Shown here piece after piece: positions 23,908-34,930 of a stretch of 64,000 nucleotides of DNA. Source of the stretch: Candidatus Pelagibacterales bacterium (GTDB lineage: Bacteria > Pseudomonadota > Alphaproteobacteria > Pelagibacterales > Pelagibacteraceae); the NCBI GenBank assembly GCA_965235675.1, contig CBDDYZ010000003.1:25498-89497 (forward strand). Reading direction: 5' to 3'. Positions within the stretch are counted from its first letter, which is position 1. Each line of letters opens with the position of its first letter. The notes under the pieces are model-generated. The model was not told the origin of the DNA. It did not search any database and worked only from the letters and a program-made list of their open reading frames with translations. The position numbers and the translations under genes were made by a program.

Positions 23908-26245
23908 ATGTTTAAGCATGTTCTAAAATTATTATTTTTATATCTGTATTATTTTATTTAACTTTTTTAATCAATTAAACGCAGACATTTTAAACAATAT
24001 TAATAGTAAATGGATAATGAAAGAATTTCTATTAGAAACTATTAAGATTTTTGGCAAAATTGATATAGATAAAGATTATTCTGAAGATGATTTAAATCAA
24101 GTTTTAAAAAATTCTATGAAACTAATTTTTTTAAAGAACATTACATTAAAAATTAATAATCAGATTTTAATAATTGATGTTGATTGAAAATCAACTTATT
24201 CAAAATATTCATAATTGAATGGAATTAAAAGTCAACAACTATAACTAATACTGATACTAGAAAGTTTAATCATTAAAAAATAGAAGCTCATATTTAACAA
24301 TTATATTTCAAAATGATTTAAATGTAATATAAAAATATCATTAACATAAGTAGTGGATACTATTTTGCAGAATATTGATAGCATCTCATAATAAATAAAG
24401 AACAATAATACAATAAATATTAATTTATGATATTGATCTAGGTAGAAAGAGCCAAAATTTCAAGAAATTGAATTTATTGGTGATAAAATATTTAAAAATA
24501 GAAACTTTAAAAAATATAATTACAACTGAAGAAAATAAATTTTGGAAATTTATTTCAAGAAATAAATATTTAAATGAAAAAAATTAGAATTAGATAAGAG
24601 ATTATTATATAACTTTTATAAAAATAATGGTTATTACAATGTGAAAATTAATACTTCTATTGCAACAATTTTAGATGATAATAGTTTTAAATTAATTTTT
24701 AATATTAAGGCAGGTGAAAAATTTATATACTTTAATAAGATTTAACTTTAAATTACCTGATGATTATGATTCATAAATATTTTAATGAAGTTAATGAAAT
24801 TACTTAATAAAATTAAAGGATACTGAATATTCATTTAGTAAAGTATCGAAAAAATTCTTAAAGAAGATAGATAAAATTGCTCTTACAAGACAATATGAAT
24901 TTATTGATGCAACTATCTTAGAAGAAATAAATTGGATAATAATAAATTAGATATTACTTTTAATATTAAATGAATCATGAAAAATTTTATGTTGAAAAGT
25001 ATTAATATTTTTGGAAACAATATATACTATTGAAGAAGTTATTAGAAATGCAATCTAGATAGTAGATGAAGGTGATCCTTTTAATGAAATTTTGCATGTA
25101 ATAAGATCTATAAATAATATTAAAAGCTTTAAATATTTTTACAAACAGTTAGAATCTGAAATTATTGATGGATCGAGTCAAGTACTCAAAGATTATTAAT
25201 ATAACTGTAGAAGAAAAGCCTACTGGTGAAATTATCTTTAGGTGCAGGTGTTGGGACATCTGGAGGAACTATTGGTGTTGGAGTAACAGAAAATAATTTT
25301 TTAGGTAAAGGTATTAAATTAGATACTAATTTACAAATTACGTGAAGAATGCTATTAGAGGGATAATTTTATCTATGAATAATCCTAATTTTAATTATAT
25401 CAGATAATTCTTTATTTACATCTATTAGAAAGTACAACTATAGATAATATTAAGTGATTTTGGTTATAAAAGCTCATAAAACTGGTTTTTCATTAGGTAC
25501 TAAGTTTTGAACAATTTGAAAATTTTTATTTTAGTCCTGAAGTAGATTTCTACTTATTTGAAAAACTAGAAACAAATTCAGCTGCAGCTGCTTCACTTAA
25601 AAAAACAAGAAGGCTCATTATTTTGATAATATATTTTAATTACTACTTTAGATTACGATTTGAGAAATCAGAAATTTCAGATCCACATGATGGCATTTAG
25701 AAGTATTTTTAGTCAAGAATTGCCATTAATATCATGATAATTATGAACTAATTAATAGTTATGAGATTACAAAATATCATGAATTGAAATATCAGATATG
25801 GTTATTAACAGTTAGTTTTTATGGTAAAGCTATTAATTCATCTAAGTGATGAAGATGTAAGAATTTCTAAAAGATTAGTTTATGCCTAGCAGTAAACTAA
25901 GAGGTTTTGAAGTAGGAAAAATTGGACCTATAGATAATAATGATTATATAGGTGGAAATTATGCTGCAGCTATTAAACTTTAGCACTACATTACCTACAT
26001 TGTTACCATACATTTCGAAAATATTGATTTTACAATATTTTATAGATGCTAGCAAATGTATGGGGTGTTGATTATGATACTCATATTGATGATCAAGTAA
26101 TAATATTAGAAGCATCAACTGGTGTTGGCTGTAGATTGATTTACACCAATAGGTCCATTAATTTTTCATTATCTCAACCTATTACAAAAAGCATCTACCG
26201 ATAAAACTGAAACATTTAGATTTAATTTAGGTACATACATTTTAA
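23908..26245 (+). CDS. bamA: Outer membrane protein assembly factor BamA, multiply frameshifted
   Basis: POTRA fragments (NERIS, EFIGDKIF, VEEKPTGE, ENNFLGKG), KLRGFEVGKIGP, IGGNY, TPIGP and C-terminal FRFNLGT-F; start approximate. Confidence 0.88.
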
Positions 26246-26787
26246 TGAAATTTATAAAATACTTATACATATTTTTTGTATATTTTTATCTTATTCAAAT
26301 AATGTCATTATGCAAATAAAAATATTTATTTCATATGATATTAATTTTATAATGAATAATTCTATTAGCTGGCAAAATCAATTATTAAAAACAATTAGAT
26401 GAAATAAATAAATCGAATCAATAATGAATTTAAAAAAATTGAAAAAAACTTAATAGATGAAGAAAAAAAAATAATTTCAAAAAAAAATATTTTATGCAAA
26501 GAAGAATATTTAAAAAAAAGTTAATGCATTAAAAATAAAGTTGAAAATTTAATAAATGATAAGTAAATAATAAAAATAATGATTTAATAATTAATGAAAA
26601 ATAATAGCAATAAAAAACTTATTAGATGAATTAACACCAATTATTAGCTGAATATGCATAAAAAAATTCTATTACATATATAATTTACAAAACAAAGTAT
26701 TATAATTGGTAAAACAGATTTAGATATTACAAATGAAATTATTAAATATTATTAAATCAAAAAGTTAAAAAGATTAAAATTAAATAA
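26245..26787 (+). CDS. skp: OmpH/Skp-like periplasmic chaperone, multiply frameshifted
   Basis: Signal-peptide-like start, DINFIMNNS-AGK and C-terminal IIGKTDLDITNEII; position after bamA. Confidence 0.7.
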
Positions 26788-27239
26788 TGTACTGAACTTT
26801 AAATAAAAAAGAAATAATTGATTTATTACCTCATAGAGAACCAATGCTTTTAATTGATGAGTTAACTAATATAAAAAAATTATTTTCAGCTACTGCAATT
26901 GTAAATGTTAAAAAAGATAGTTTTTTTGTTCAAGGTCATTTTCCTGGTCAACCCAGTTATGCCTGGTGTTTTGATTGTTGAAGCTTTTGGTCAAGCTGCA
27001 GCAGCTCTAACTGCTCATGGTATAGATAAAGAGACATATGAAAATAAATTAGTTTTTCTTAATGGGTATTGAAAAAGCAAGATTTAGAAACCCAGTTATA
27101 CCAGATTGCAAATTAGAACTAAATATTGAAGCAATAAGATCTCATGGAAGAGTTTGGAAATATAAAGGTGAAGCCTTTGTAGAAGGAAAAAAAATGGCTG
27201 ATGCTCATATGGTCTGCAACAATTGTTGATAGAAAATAA
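26787..27239 (+). CDS. fabZ: 3-hydroxyacyl-ACP dehydratase, frameshifted
   Basis: [39 protein letters not shown] and ARFRNPVIP. Confidence 0.92.
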
Positions 27240-27293
27240 TCAGTAATAATTATTGATAAGTAAATTTCAATAATTTTGATAAAAACTTTATCA

Positions 27294-28282
27294 ATGATTA
27301 ATCCATTTTTTAAAAACAAAGGTCCATTTAAAATTGATGATATTTTATACTCTATTAATATAGTTAATAATAATAATTATACAAGATATAAAAATTTTTG
27401 ATATTAAAGATCTTAGTTACAGCAACAAATAATGATATTACTTTTTTTCATTCAAAAAAATATGAGACTGTACAGCTTCAACTACTAAAGCAGCTTATTG
27501 TGTAACTACTAAACAATTATCAAATATTTTACCAAATAATTGTAAACCTATTGTTGTTGAAAATGTTTTGATTTCTACGGCAATGATTACTAAACTGTTT
27601 CTATCCAGATGCTATTACAGATGACTTTGATCCATTAACATTGAATATTGAAAAGACATCTTTTTATAAAAAATTAAGACATGGCAACAATGTATTGATA
27701 GGTAAAAATGTAAAAATTGGAAAAAATTGTTCAATAGGACACAACTCAATAATTGAAAGTAATGTTGTAATTGGAGATAATTGCTCAATAGGATCTAATG
27801 TTATTATTAGAAATACATTAATTAAAAATAATGTTTCAATTTTAGATGGTTGTGTAATTGGAAAAAAAGGTTTTGGTTTTTTTCCTAATAATGATGGAAA
27901 TATCAGATATCCTCATATTGGCATCGTTATAATTGAAGATAATTGTGAAATTGGTTGTGGCTCAACAATTGATAGAGGCTCTTTATCAAATACTAGTAAT
28001 TGGTAAAAATACTTTTATAGATAATCAAGTTCATATAGCTCACAATAATAAAATTGGAGAAAATTGTATTATTGCAGGACAGGTTGGTTTTGCTGGAAGT
28101 TCTATAATTGGAAATAATGTTATGATTGGTGGTCAAGCAGGAATATCTGGACATCTTAAAAATTGGCAACAATGTTCAAATAGGTGGTGGATCAGGAGTT
28201 ATTAAAGAATATTCCTGATAATTCTAAAGTAATGGGTTATCCAGCTAAAGATTTAAAAAAATTTATTAAAGAAAATAAATGA
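27294..28282 (+). CDS. lpxD: UDP-3-O-acylglucosamine N-acyltransferase, frameshifted
   Basis: MINPFFKNKGPF, hexapeptide repeats, GFGF, EIGCGSTIDRG, IDNQVHIAHN and IAGQVGFAGS; ORF fragments 27641-28006 and 27933-28205. Confidence 0.92.
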
Positions 28283-29055
28283 TACATAAAACTGCAATAA
28301 TAGATCCTAAAGCAAAAATAGCTTCAAATGTTGAGATTGGTCCATATTGTGTAATTGGTCCAAATGTAGAAATTGGTGAAAATACTATCATTCATTCTCA
28401 TGTAAATATTTCTGTAAGTGCTAAAATTGGAAAGGGAAATAAGATTTATCCTTTTGTTTCAATTAATGATCCACAGGACTTGAAATACAATGGTGAACCT
28501 ACCAATTTAATAATTGGTGATAATAACAAAATTAGAGAGTATGTAACAATAAATCCTGGTACAGTTAGTGGTGGTGGCAAAACAGTTATTGGAAATAATT
28601 GTTTATTTATGATTTCATCACATATCGCTCATGACTGTCATGTTGGTAATAATGTAATAATTGCAAATAATGTACCTTTAGGTGGTCATGCAATTATTGA
28701 GGACAATGTTGTTATTGGTGGCAATTCTGCTGTTCAACAATTCACTAGAATTGGAAAAATGGCAATGATTGGTGGAATGACTGGTGTATTACATGACGTA
28801 ATACCTTATGGATTGTCTACTGGAAATAGAAATTCATTACAAGGATTGAACTTAATAGGGTTGAGAAGAGCTAAGTATGAAAATAAGGATATCTTAGGCT
28901 TAAGTGATGCTTATAAAGAAATTTTTGCTACAAAAAATATTAATGAAAATATAAGTAAATTGAATGGCTCTTTTCAAGAAAATCCGTTAGTCAAAGATGT
29001 AATTAAATTTATAACAAAAGATAAAAAAAGATCTATTTGCACACCATTTTCATAA
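28279..29055 (+). CDS. lpxA: UDP-N-acetylglucosamine acyltransferase
   Basis: IHKTAIID, PQDLKY, IREYVTINPGT, HIAHDC and GLNLIGLRR. Confidence 0.96.
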   Translation: MIHKTAIIDPKAKIASNVEIGPYCVIGPNVEIGENTIIHSHVNISVSAKIGKGNKIYPFVSINDPQDLKYNGEPTNLIIGDNNKIREYVTINPGTVSGGGKTVIGNNCLFMISSHIAHDCHVGNNVIIANNVPLGGHAIIEDNVVIGGNSAVQQFTRIGKMAMIGGMTGVLHDVIPYGLSTGNRNSLQGLNLIGLRRAKYENKDILGLSDAYKEIFATKNINENISKLNGSFQENPLVKDVIKFITKDKKRSICTPFS

Positions 29056-29056
29056 G

Positions 29057-29851
29057 ATGATAGGATTAATTTTTGGTGATACTGATTTTCCAAAGGAAAT
29101 TCTAAAAACAATTAAAAAAAATAAAATAAAATATTTGATAATTGATTTATCAAAATCAAAGAAATTTAAAAAAGATAAAAAATCTTTTGCTGTATCCATG
29201 GGTCAATTTGGTAAAATTATTAATATTCTTAGGGAAAATAACTGTAAAAAAGTCTTATTTGCTGGAAAAGTAAATAAACCAAACTTTTCTAAATTGAAAT
29301 TAGATTTAAAAGGAATTTATTATATCCCTAGAATAATCAAAGCTTCAAAGCTTGGAGATGCAGCGATACTTAAAGAAATTATTAAGATATTGGCTCAAAA
29401 CAAGATAAAAACTGAAAATTCACTTAAATTTAATCCCGAACTATCCTTAACGAAAGGTAATTATTCAAAGATAAAACCAAACAAACAAGATCAATTAGAT
29501 ATTAAAAAAGCAATTAAAACATTAAATAATTTAAGACAATATAATTTTAGCCAAGCTGTTGTAGTTAGAAACAAAAAAGTAATTTCTATAGAAGGAAAAG
29601 GTGGGACTAAAAAAATGCTTGAAAAAAGCAAAAGCAAAAAATTTAGAAATCATGGAGTTTTAGTTAAGTTTCCCAAAAAAAAACAAGACTTGAGAGTAGA
29701 TCTACCAACGATTGGATTAAAAACTATCAAACAAAGTAAGACTGCTGGATTAAAGGGTATTGTTATAAAAAGCAAACAACATGTTTTTTTAGATAAAATC
29801 AAATGCATAAAATTTGCAAATAGAAATAAGATGTTTATCTCGGTAAAATGA
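29057..29851 (+). CDS. lpxI: UDP-2,3-diacylglucosamine diphosphatase LpxI (DUF1009)
   Basis: IGLIFG, FAGKVNKP, QAVVV, IEG and KKKQDLRVDLPTIG; lies between lpxA and lpxB. Confidence 0.88.
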   Translation: MIGLIFGDTDFPKEILKTIKKNKIKYLIIDLSKSKKFKKDKKSFAVSMGQFGKIINILRENNCKKVLFAGKVNKPNFSKLKLDLKGIYYIPRIIKASKLGDAAILKEIIKILAQNKIKTENSLKFNPELSLTKGNYSKIKPNKQDQLDIKKAIKTLNNLRQYNFSQAVVVRNKKVISIEGKGGTKKMLEKSKSKKFRNHGVLVKFPKKKQDLRVDLPTIGLKTIKQSKTAGLKGIVIKSKQHVFLDKIKCIKFANRNKMFISVK

Positions 29852-30984
29852 AAAAAATCTTTATATTAACTGGTGAACCTTCTGGAGATAAACTTGCTTC
29901 TAAAGTTATATCTAAACTCCAAAAAAATAATCCTAATATTGAATATGCTTGTGTTGGTGGAACACATTTAAATTCATTAGGAATAAAATCTATTTTTAAC
30001 CTTAAAGAAATTACCTACATCGGTTTTACAAGTGTTTTATTAAATATTTTTAAAATAAAGAATAAAATAAATAAAACTGTAGAAGAAATAATAAGATTTA
30101 ATCCAGATATTTTGTTTAGTGTAGATAGTCCTGATTTTACATTAAGAGTTGCAGAAAAAGTTAAAAAATTAAATAATGAGATAAAAACTATTCATTATGT
30201 AGCACCACAAGTATGGGTATGGCGAGAGGGCAGAGTAAAAAAATTTAAAAAGTTTTTAGATCATATTTTATTATTATTTGATTTTGAAAAAAAATATTTT
30301 GATAAAGAAAATATTCCAAATACTTTTGTCGGTCATCCGTTGTTAGAACAAGAGTCAAAAAACAAAATAGATCTATCTAACATTATATCCAATGATAAAA
30401 AAATTATTTCTCTTTTTTCTGGAAGTAGATCATCTGAAGTGAATTTACTTTTACCTATCTTGATAGATTTTATTAATATGATGAATAAAAAATTTAATAA
30501 TTTTACTTTTATTTTTCATACTACTGAAGATAATAAAAATTTAATTAGTGAAAAAATTCATAATATAAATTTAAAAAATGTTGAAGTTATTTCTGACGAA
30601 AATATTAAAAAACAAATTTTAAATAAATCTATTTTTGCAGTTTCTAAATCTGGAACTGTTTCTCTTGAAATTTGTAATGCAAGAGTTCCTTCTATAATTA
30701 TTTATAAAATGAATTTTTTGAATTTTTTAATTGTTAAAATGTTGGTGAAAATAAAATTTGCTAATATCATCAATATTATTAATAACAAAGAAATAATTCC
30801 TGAATTAATACAAAAAGAATGTAATGCTAAAGAGATTTACAATTCTGTTGTTTATTTTTTAAAAAATCCAGAATTAATGAAAAAACAAATTAATGAGTGT
30901 GATGAAACTTTAACTAAAATTAGATCAAAAACCTCATCTTCTGATGAAGCTTCTTCTGTATTAACTAAGTTTCTTATTAGTTAA
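29848..30984 (+). CDS. lpxB: Lipid-A-disaccharide synthase
   Basis: GEPSGD, VDSPDF, HYVAPQVWVWR, FVGHPL, GSRSSE, SGTVSLE and PELIQ. Confidence 0.95.
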   Translation: MKKIFILTGEPSGDKLASKVISKLQKNNPNIEYACVGGTHLNSLGIKSIFNLKEITYIGFTSVLLNIFKIKNKINKTVEEIIRFNPDILFSVDSPDFTLRVAEKVKKLNNEIKTIHYVAPQVWVWREGRVKKFKKFLDHILLLFDFEKKYFDKENIPNTFVGHPLLEQESKNKIDLSNIISNDKKIISLFSGSRSSEVNLLLPILIDFINMMNKKFNNFTFIFHTTEDNKNLISEKIHNINLKNVEVISDENIKKQILNKSIFAVSKSGTVSLEICNARVPSIIIYKMNFLNFLIVKMLVKIKFANIINIINNKEIIPELIQKECNAKEIYNSVVYFLKNPELMKKQINECDETLTKIRSKTSSSDEASSVLTKFLIS

Positions 30985-32361
30985 TCTTTTTATGACTTCC
31001 TCTTTTCCAAGTGAAATAATTATATCATATATGCCAGGTCCAAATTTTGAACCTGTTAAAGCTATTCTTAAAGGCTGACCAACTCCTTTAAAATTTGTAT
31101 TATTTGATTTAATTAGTTCATTTACTATTGGCTCTAACGTTTCTTTGCTAAGCTTATCAATGGTAGCAAATTGATCACTGAAAGCAGAAATGATTTTTTT
31201 TGCTTTATCATCAATGATCTTAATGTCATCCTGATTAAAATTTACTTCATCTACAATAATATATTGACCATTATTAAATATATCTTCTAATGTTTTTGCT
31301 TTATTTTTTAAGAAAGTTAGAGATTTTTTGATCTTATCTTTTTTATCTGACTTAATTTCACTCTTATATAATTTGCAGTATTCTATTAGTTGATTAAATA
31401 AATCATTTTCATCAATATTTTTAATATAATGCTCGTTCATTGATAAAATTCTACTCATATCTAGTTTAGATGGTGATTTTCCTATACCTTCTAAGTTAAA
31501 GTACTTAATACTCTCATCTAGAGTAAATATTTCTTTATCTTCAAAAGACCAACCCAATCTCAGTAAATAATTCCTTAATGCATCAGGCATTATTCCTATT
31601 TTGGAGTAGTCATCTAAAGTTGATGCATTATCTCTTTTTGATAATTTTTTACCTTCTATTGTATGAATAAGAGGTATATGTGCAAATTGAGGAACTTCCC
31701 ATTTCATTGCTAAGTAAATTTGCATTTGTTTGAATGTATTAATCTTATGATCATCGCCTCTAATGATATGGGTCATATTCATTTGATGATCATCAACGGT
31801 TGCAGATAAATTATATGTTGGCGTTCCATCATTTCTTAAAATTATAAAATCTTCAATTGTATTATTGTCAATTTCTACATCACCTTGAACTAAATCTTTT
31901 AGTACAGTAGATCCTTCAATTTTACTTTTAAATCTAATTACAGGTTTAATATCTTTAGGAGAATCTGTTTCTGATAGATCTCTACATTTTCTATTATAGA
32001 TATAAGGAAGCTTTTTTTGTCTAGCTCTTTTTTTTTGTTCTTCAATCTCTTCACTTGAACAGTAGCATTTATATGCATTACCACTTTTAAGCAGATCATT
32101 AGCAACTTTTATATGATCATCAATTTTAGTTGATTGTATATATTCTTCACCATCGTGCTCTATACCAATCCATTTTAAAGATTTGATAATTTGAACTTTA
32201 TGTTCATCTTTAGATCTTTCTTTATCAGTATCTTCAATTCTAAGATGAAATTTTCCTTTTTGGTTTTTAGAAAATAGCCAATTAAATAAAGCTGTTCTTA
32301 CTCCACCAATATGAAGAGCTCCAGTAGGTGAGGGAGCAAATCTTGTTGCTACTTTTGACAT
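30961..32361 (-). CDS. gltX: Glutamate-tRNA ligase
   Basis: RFAPSPTGALHIGG, RIEDTD, IIRGDDH and KLSKR. Confidence 0.97.
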   Translation of the reverse strand: MSKVATRFAPSPTGALHIGGVRTALFNWLFSKNQKGKFHLRIEDTDKERSKDEHKVQIIKSLKWIGIEHDGEEYIQSTKIDDHIKVANDLLKSGNAYKCYCSSEEIEEQKKRARQKKLPYIYNRKCRDLSETDSPKDIKPVIRFKSKIEGSTVLKDLVQGDVEIDNNTIEDFIILRNDGTPTYNLSATVDDHQMNMTHIIRGDDHKINTFKQMQIYLAMKWEVPQFAHIPLIHTIEGKKLSKRDNASTLDDYSKIGIMPDALRNYLLRLGWSFEDKEIFTLDESIKYFNLEGIGKSPSKLDMSRILSMNEHYIKNIDENDLFNQLIEYCKLYKSEIKSDKKDKIKKSLTFLKNKAKTLEDIFNNGQYIIVDEVNFNQDDIKIIDDKAKKIISAFSDQFATIDKLSKETLEPIVNELIKSNNTNFKGVGQPLRIALTGSKFGPGIYDIIISLGKEEVIKRLTNKKLS

Positions 32362-32383
32362 TAGGGATTTTTAAACTATTTTA

Positions 32384-33061
32384 TTAGAAGTTTCTATATA
32401 AAGATACTAAAACACCCTGAACTTTTACTCTATCTGGGCCAAATATTTTGGTTTCATAATTTCTATTTGCACTCTCAAGTGCTACAGTTTTACCTTTTCT
32501 TCTAATTCTTTTAAGCATTGCCTCATGCTCATCTATTAAAGCCACAACAATTTTTCCATTATCAGCTGTATCAGTTCTTTTTATGATTACTGTGTCTCCT
32601 TCATTGATACCTGCTTCGATCATAGAGTCTCCTTGAACTTTAAGTCCAAAATATTGGCCATTCTTTTCTAGATTACTTGGAAGTGGTATTCTAGCAACCT
32701 CATTTTGAATTGCTTCTACTGGAGTTCCAGCAGCAATCTTACCTAGAACAGGTATTTCAATTTCATCTCCATTACTTATATCATTGTCTAATCCACCCTT
32801 AATAACACTAGGTGAAAAGCTATTGTAAATATCATTTGCTGAAGCTGTCTCAGGTAGCTTTATAACCTCTAGAGCTCTTGCTTTGTGAGCTAACCTTCTA
32901 ATAAAACCTCTTTCCTCTAAAGCACTTATTAATCTATGAATTCCTGACTTTGATTTTAAATTTAAAGAATCTTTCATCTCCTCGTATGAAGGTGATACGC
33001 CCGAAGCTCTCAACTTTTTGTTGATAAATAAAAGCAAGTTTTTTTGTTTTTTTGTAAGCAT
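32384..33061 (-). CDS. lexA: SOS repressor LexA
   Basis: MLTKKQ...SPSYEEM...SKSGIHRL winged HTH, IAAGTP cleavage site, VQGDSM and LKR. Confidence 0.97.
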   Translation of the reverse strand: MLTKKQKNLLLFINKKLRASGVSPSYEEMKDSLNLKSKSGIHRLISALEERGFIRRLAHKARALEVIKLPETASANDIYNSFSPSVIKGGLDNDISNGDEIEIPVLGKIAAGTPVEAIQNEVARIPLPSNLEKNGQYFGLKVQGDSMIEAGINEGDTVIIKRTDTADNGKIVVALIDEHEAMLKRIRRKGKTVALESANRNYETKIFGPDRVKVQGVLVSLYRNF

Positions 33062-33063
33062 AA

Positions 33064-33078
33064 GAACAAATATCGTAC
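33064..33078. promoter_or_regulatory. Second, one-mismatch LexA box (GAAC-N7-GTAC) in the opposite orientation
   Basis: GAACaaatatcGTAC immediately upstream of the lexA ATG. Confidence 0.6.
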
Positions 33079-33085
33079 AAACAAT

Positions 33086-33100
33086 GTTCTATAAAAGTTC
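33086..33100. promoter_or_regulatory. Alphaproteobacterial LexA box GTTC-N7-GTTC
   Basis: GTTCtataaaaGTTC, perfect consensus about 25 bp upstream of the lexA start. Confidence 0.88.
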
Positions 33101-33141
33101 TTATTAATTAACAATAGCTAAATAAGTAAGTAAAATAGGGG

Positions 33142-33942
33142 TTAATTTGACTTTAAAACTGAAAATATAGAATTTTCTGACAAATTTTTTAAAAGTGATT
33201 CTCCAATTAAAAAAGTTTTAATAGAGGTTTTATTTTTCAAATCTAAAAGTTCATCTTTTGTTTTAATTCCACTTTCAGAAATTAAAGGTCCTTGGTGTTT
33301 AGCAAGTACATTATGAATATCGTAGGTTGTATTAATATCAGTCTTTAGTGTTTTTAAGTTTCTATTATTAATTCCAATTAAAGCATCTTTAAAATTCAAA
33401 GATTTTTCTGCTTCTTCTACAGTGTGCACTTCAACAATAACTGACATATTATATTTTAATGCTTCTTCATATAATTCATGAGCCAAATCATCTGATACAC
33501 CTGCAAGAATAATTAAAATTGCATCAGCTCCATAACTTTTAGCCAATGGTATTTGAAATTTATCAATAAAAAAATCTTTACATAAAATTGGTAAATTAAA
33601 TTGTTGTTTAATTTTACTAATATGAATTAAATTTCCTAAAAAAAAATCTTCTTCTGTAAGAACTGATAAGCAAGTTACTTTATTTTCATAATAAATTTTT
33701 GCAATTTCAACTGGATTGTAATCATTTATAATTACACCTGCAGATGGGCTAGCTTTCTTAATTTCAGCTATTATTGAAATTTTGTCACATATTATATTAT
33801 TTTCAATTTTTTCTTTAAAATTAATATAAGAGTTATTTTTATCTATAATTTCATTTAAAGAATCTAAGCTAGTTGATTTTTTTAATAAATCTATTCTTTC
33901 TATTTTTTTTGTAATTATATTATTTAATATATTTTCAGACAT
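33142..33942 (-). CDS. trpC: Indole-3-glycerol phosphate synthase
   Basis: IIAEIKKASPS, LSVLTE, KDF, VEVH, IGINNRNL, SESGI and LIGESL. Confidence 0.97.
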   Translation of the reverse strand: MSENILNNIITKKIERIDLLKKSTSLDSLNEIIDKNNSYINFKEKIENNIICDKISIIAEIKKASPSAGVIINDYNPVEIAKIYYENKVTCLSVLTEEDFFLGNLIHISKIKQQFNLPILCKDFFIDKFQIPLAKSYGADAILIILAGVSDDLAHELYEEALKYNMSVIVEVHTVEEAEKSLNFKDALIGINNRNLKTLKTDINTTYDIHNVLAKHQGPLISESGIKTKDELLDLKNKTSIKTFLIGESLLKNLSENSIFSVLKSN

Positions 33943-34927
33943 TTCGAATTTTTTCTAAATGAGAGTAGGGTTTGCCAGATAAAATAAATTCTCTTGAAAA
34001 ATTATAAGCATCTAGGAAGTTTGTAAATTTTTCACTAACTATTAATCCAGCAGCTGCATTTAAACAAACAGCTTTTGAAAAATCATTATCTTTACCTTTA
34101 AAAATTTCAATCATTTTATTAGCATTAAAATTAGCATCATCACCAATTAAATTATCGAATTTATCTGCATTAACATTAAGAGACTTTGGATCAATTGTAA
34201 TTTCAGATATCTCCCCATTTTTTAATTGAATTACATTTGTATTTGCATAAGGGGATATCTCATCCAAACCATCTTCACTGTTTACAATCCATGCAAATTT
34301 AATATTCAAATTTCGAAGTCCTTCTGCAAATATCTTTAGTAATTTTTTATCAAAAACACCAACAACTTGTCTATCAACTAAAGCTGGGTTGCTTAATGGA
34401 CCGATCATATTAAAAATAGTTCTTTTGCCAATTTTCTTTCTAACAGGACCAACAAATCTCATTGCACTGTGATAATTGGGAGCAAACATAAAACCAAAGT
34501 TATTATTATTGATCTCTTTTTCTATATCATTTGGCTCAAGATCTATTTTAATTTTAAGAGCCTCTAAAACATCACCAGAACCACATTTTGATGATACGGC
34601 TTTATTACCGTGTTTAGCTACTTTTGTACCCATACTGGCCAACAGTAAAGCAGAAGCAGTTGAAATATTTAGAGTATTCATGCCGTCTCCACCAGTTCCA
34701 CAGGTATCAACACAATCGGCAACGTTTACTCTTTTTGATTTTTCTCTAAGGACATAAACACCTCCTGCTATTTCATCTGAAACTTCACCTTTTTCAGAGA
34801 GCAGGGTTAAAAAGTTATAAATCTCTTCTTCATTAGCTTTTCCAGTCATTAATAATTCAAAGGCAGATTTACTTTCTGCAAAAGTTAAATCTTGTTTTTT
34901 TCTTAATTTCTCTAGAATTTGTTTCAT
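33935..34927 (-). CDS. trpD: Anthranilate phosphoribosyltransferase
   Basis: DTCGTGGDG, NISTA, KHGN, RTIFN and DGLDEI. Confidence 0.97.
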   Translation of the reverse strand: MKQILEKLRKKQDLTFAESKSAFELLMTGKANEEEIYNFLTLLSEKGEVSDEIAGGVYVLREKSKRVNVADCVDTCGTGGDGMNTLNISTASALLLASMGTKVAKHGNKAVSSKCGSGDVLEALKIKIDLEPNDIEKEINNNNFGFMFAPNYHSAMRFVGPVRKKIGKRTIFNMIGPLSNPALVDRQVVGVFDKKLLKIFAEGLRNLNIKFAWIVNSEDGLDEISPYANTNVIQLKNGEISEITIDPKSLNVNADKFDNLIGDDANFNANKMIEIFKGKDNDFSKAVCLNAAAGLIVSEKFTNFLDAYNFSREFILSGKPYSHLEKIRNV

Positions 34928-34930
34928 AGA

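Noticed and set aside
21322-28282. Genuine pseudogene island, alternative genetic code or RNA editing
   Set aside because: Disruptions are mostly +1 insertions rather than in-frame stops, catalytic motifs and gene junctions are preserved, most of the genes are essential, and flanking genes read normally in code 11.
27680-28760. Repeated ATTGG-containing units resembling a tandem repeat or CRISPR array
   Set aside because: Explained by the Ile-Gly hexapeptide repeats of LpxD and LpxA.
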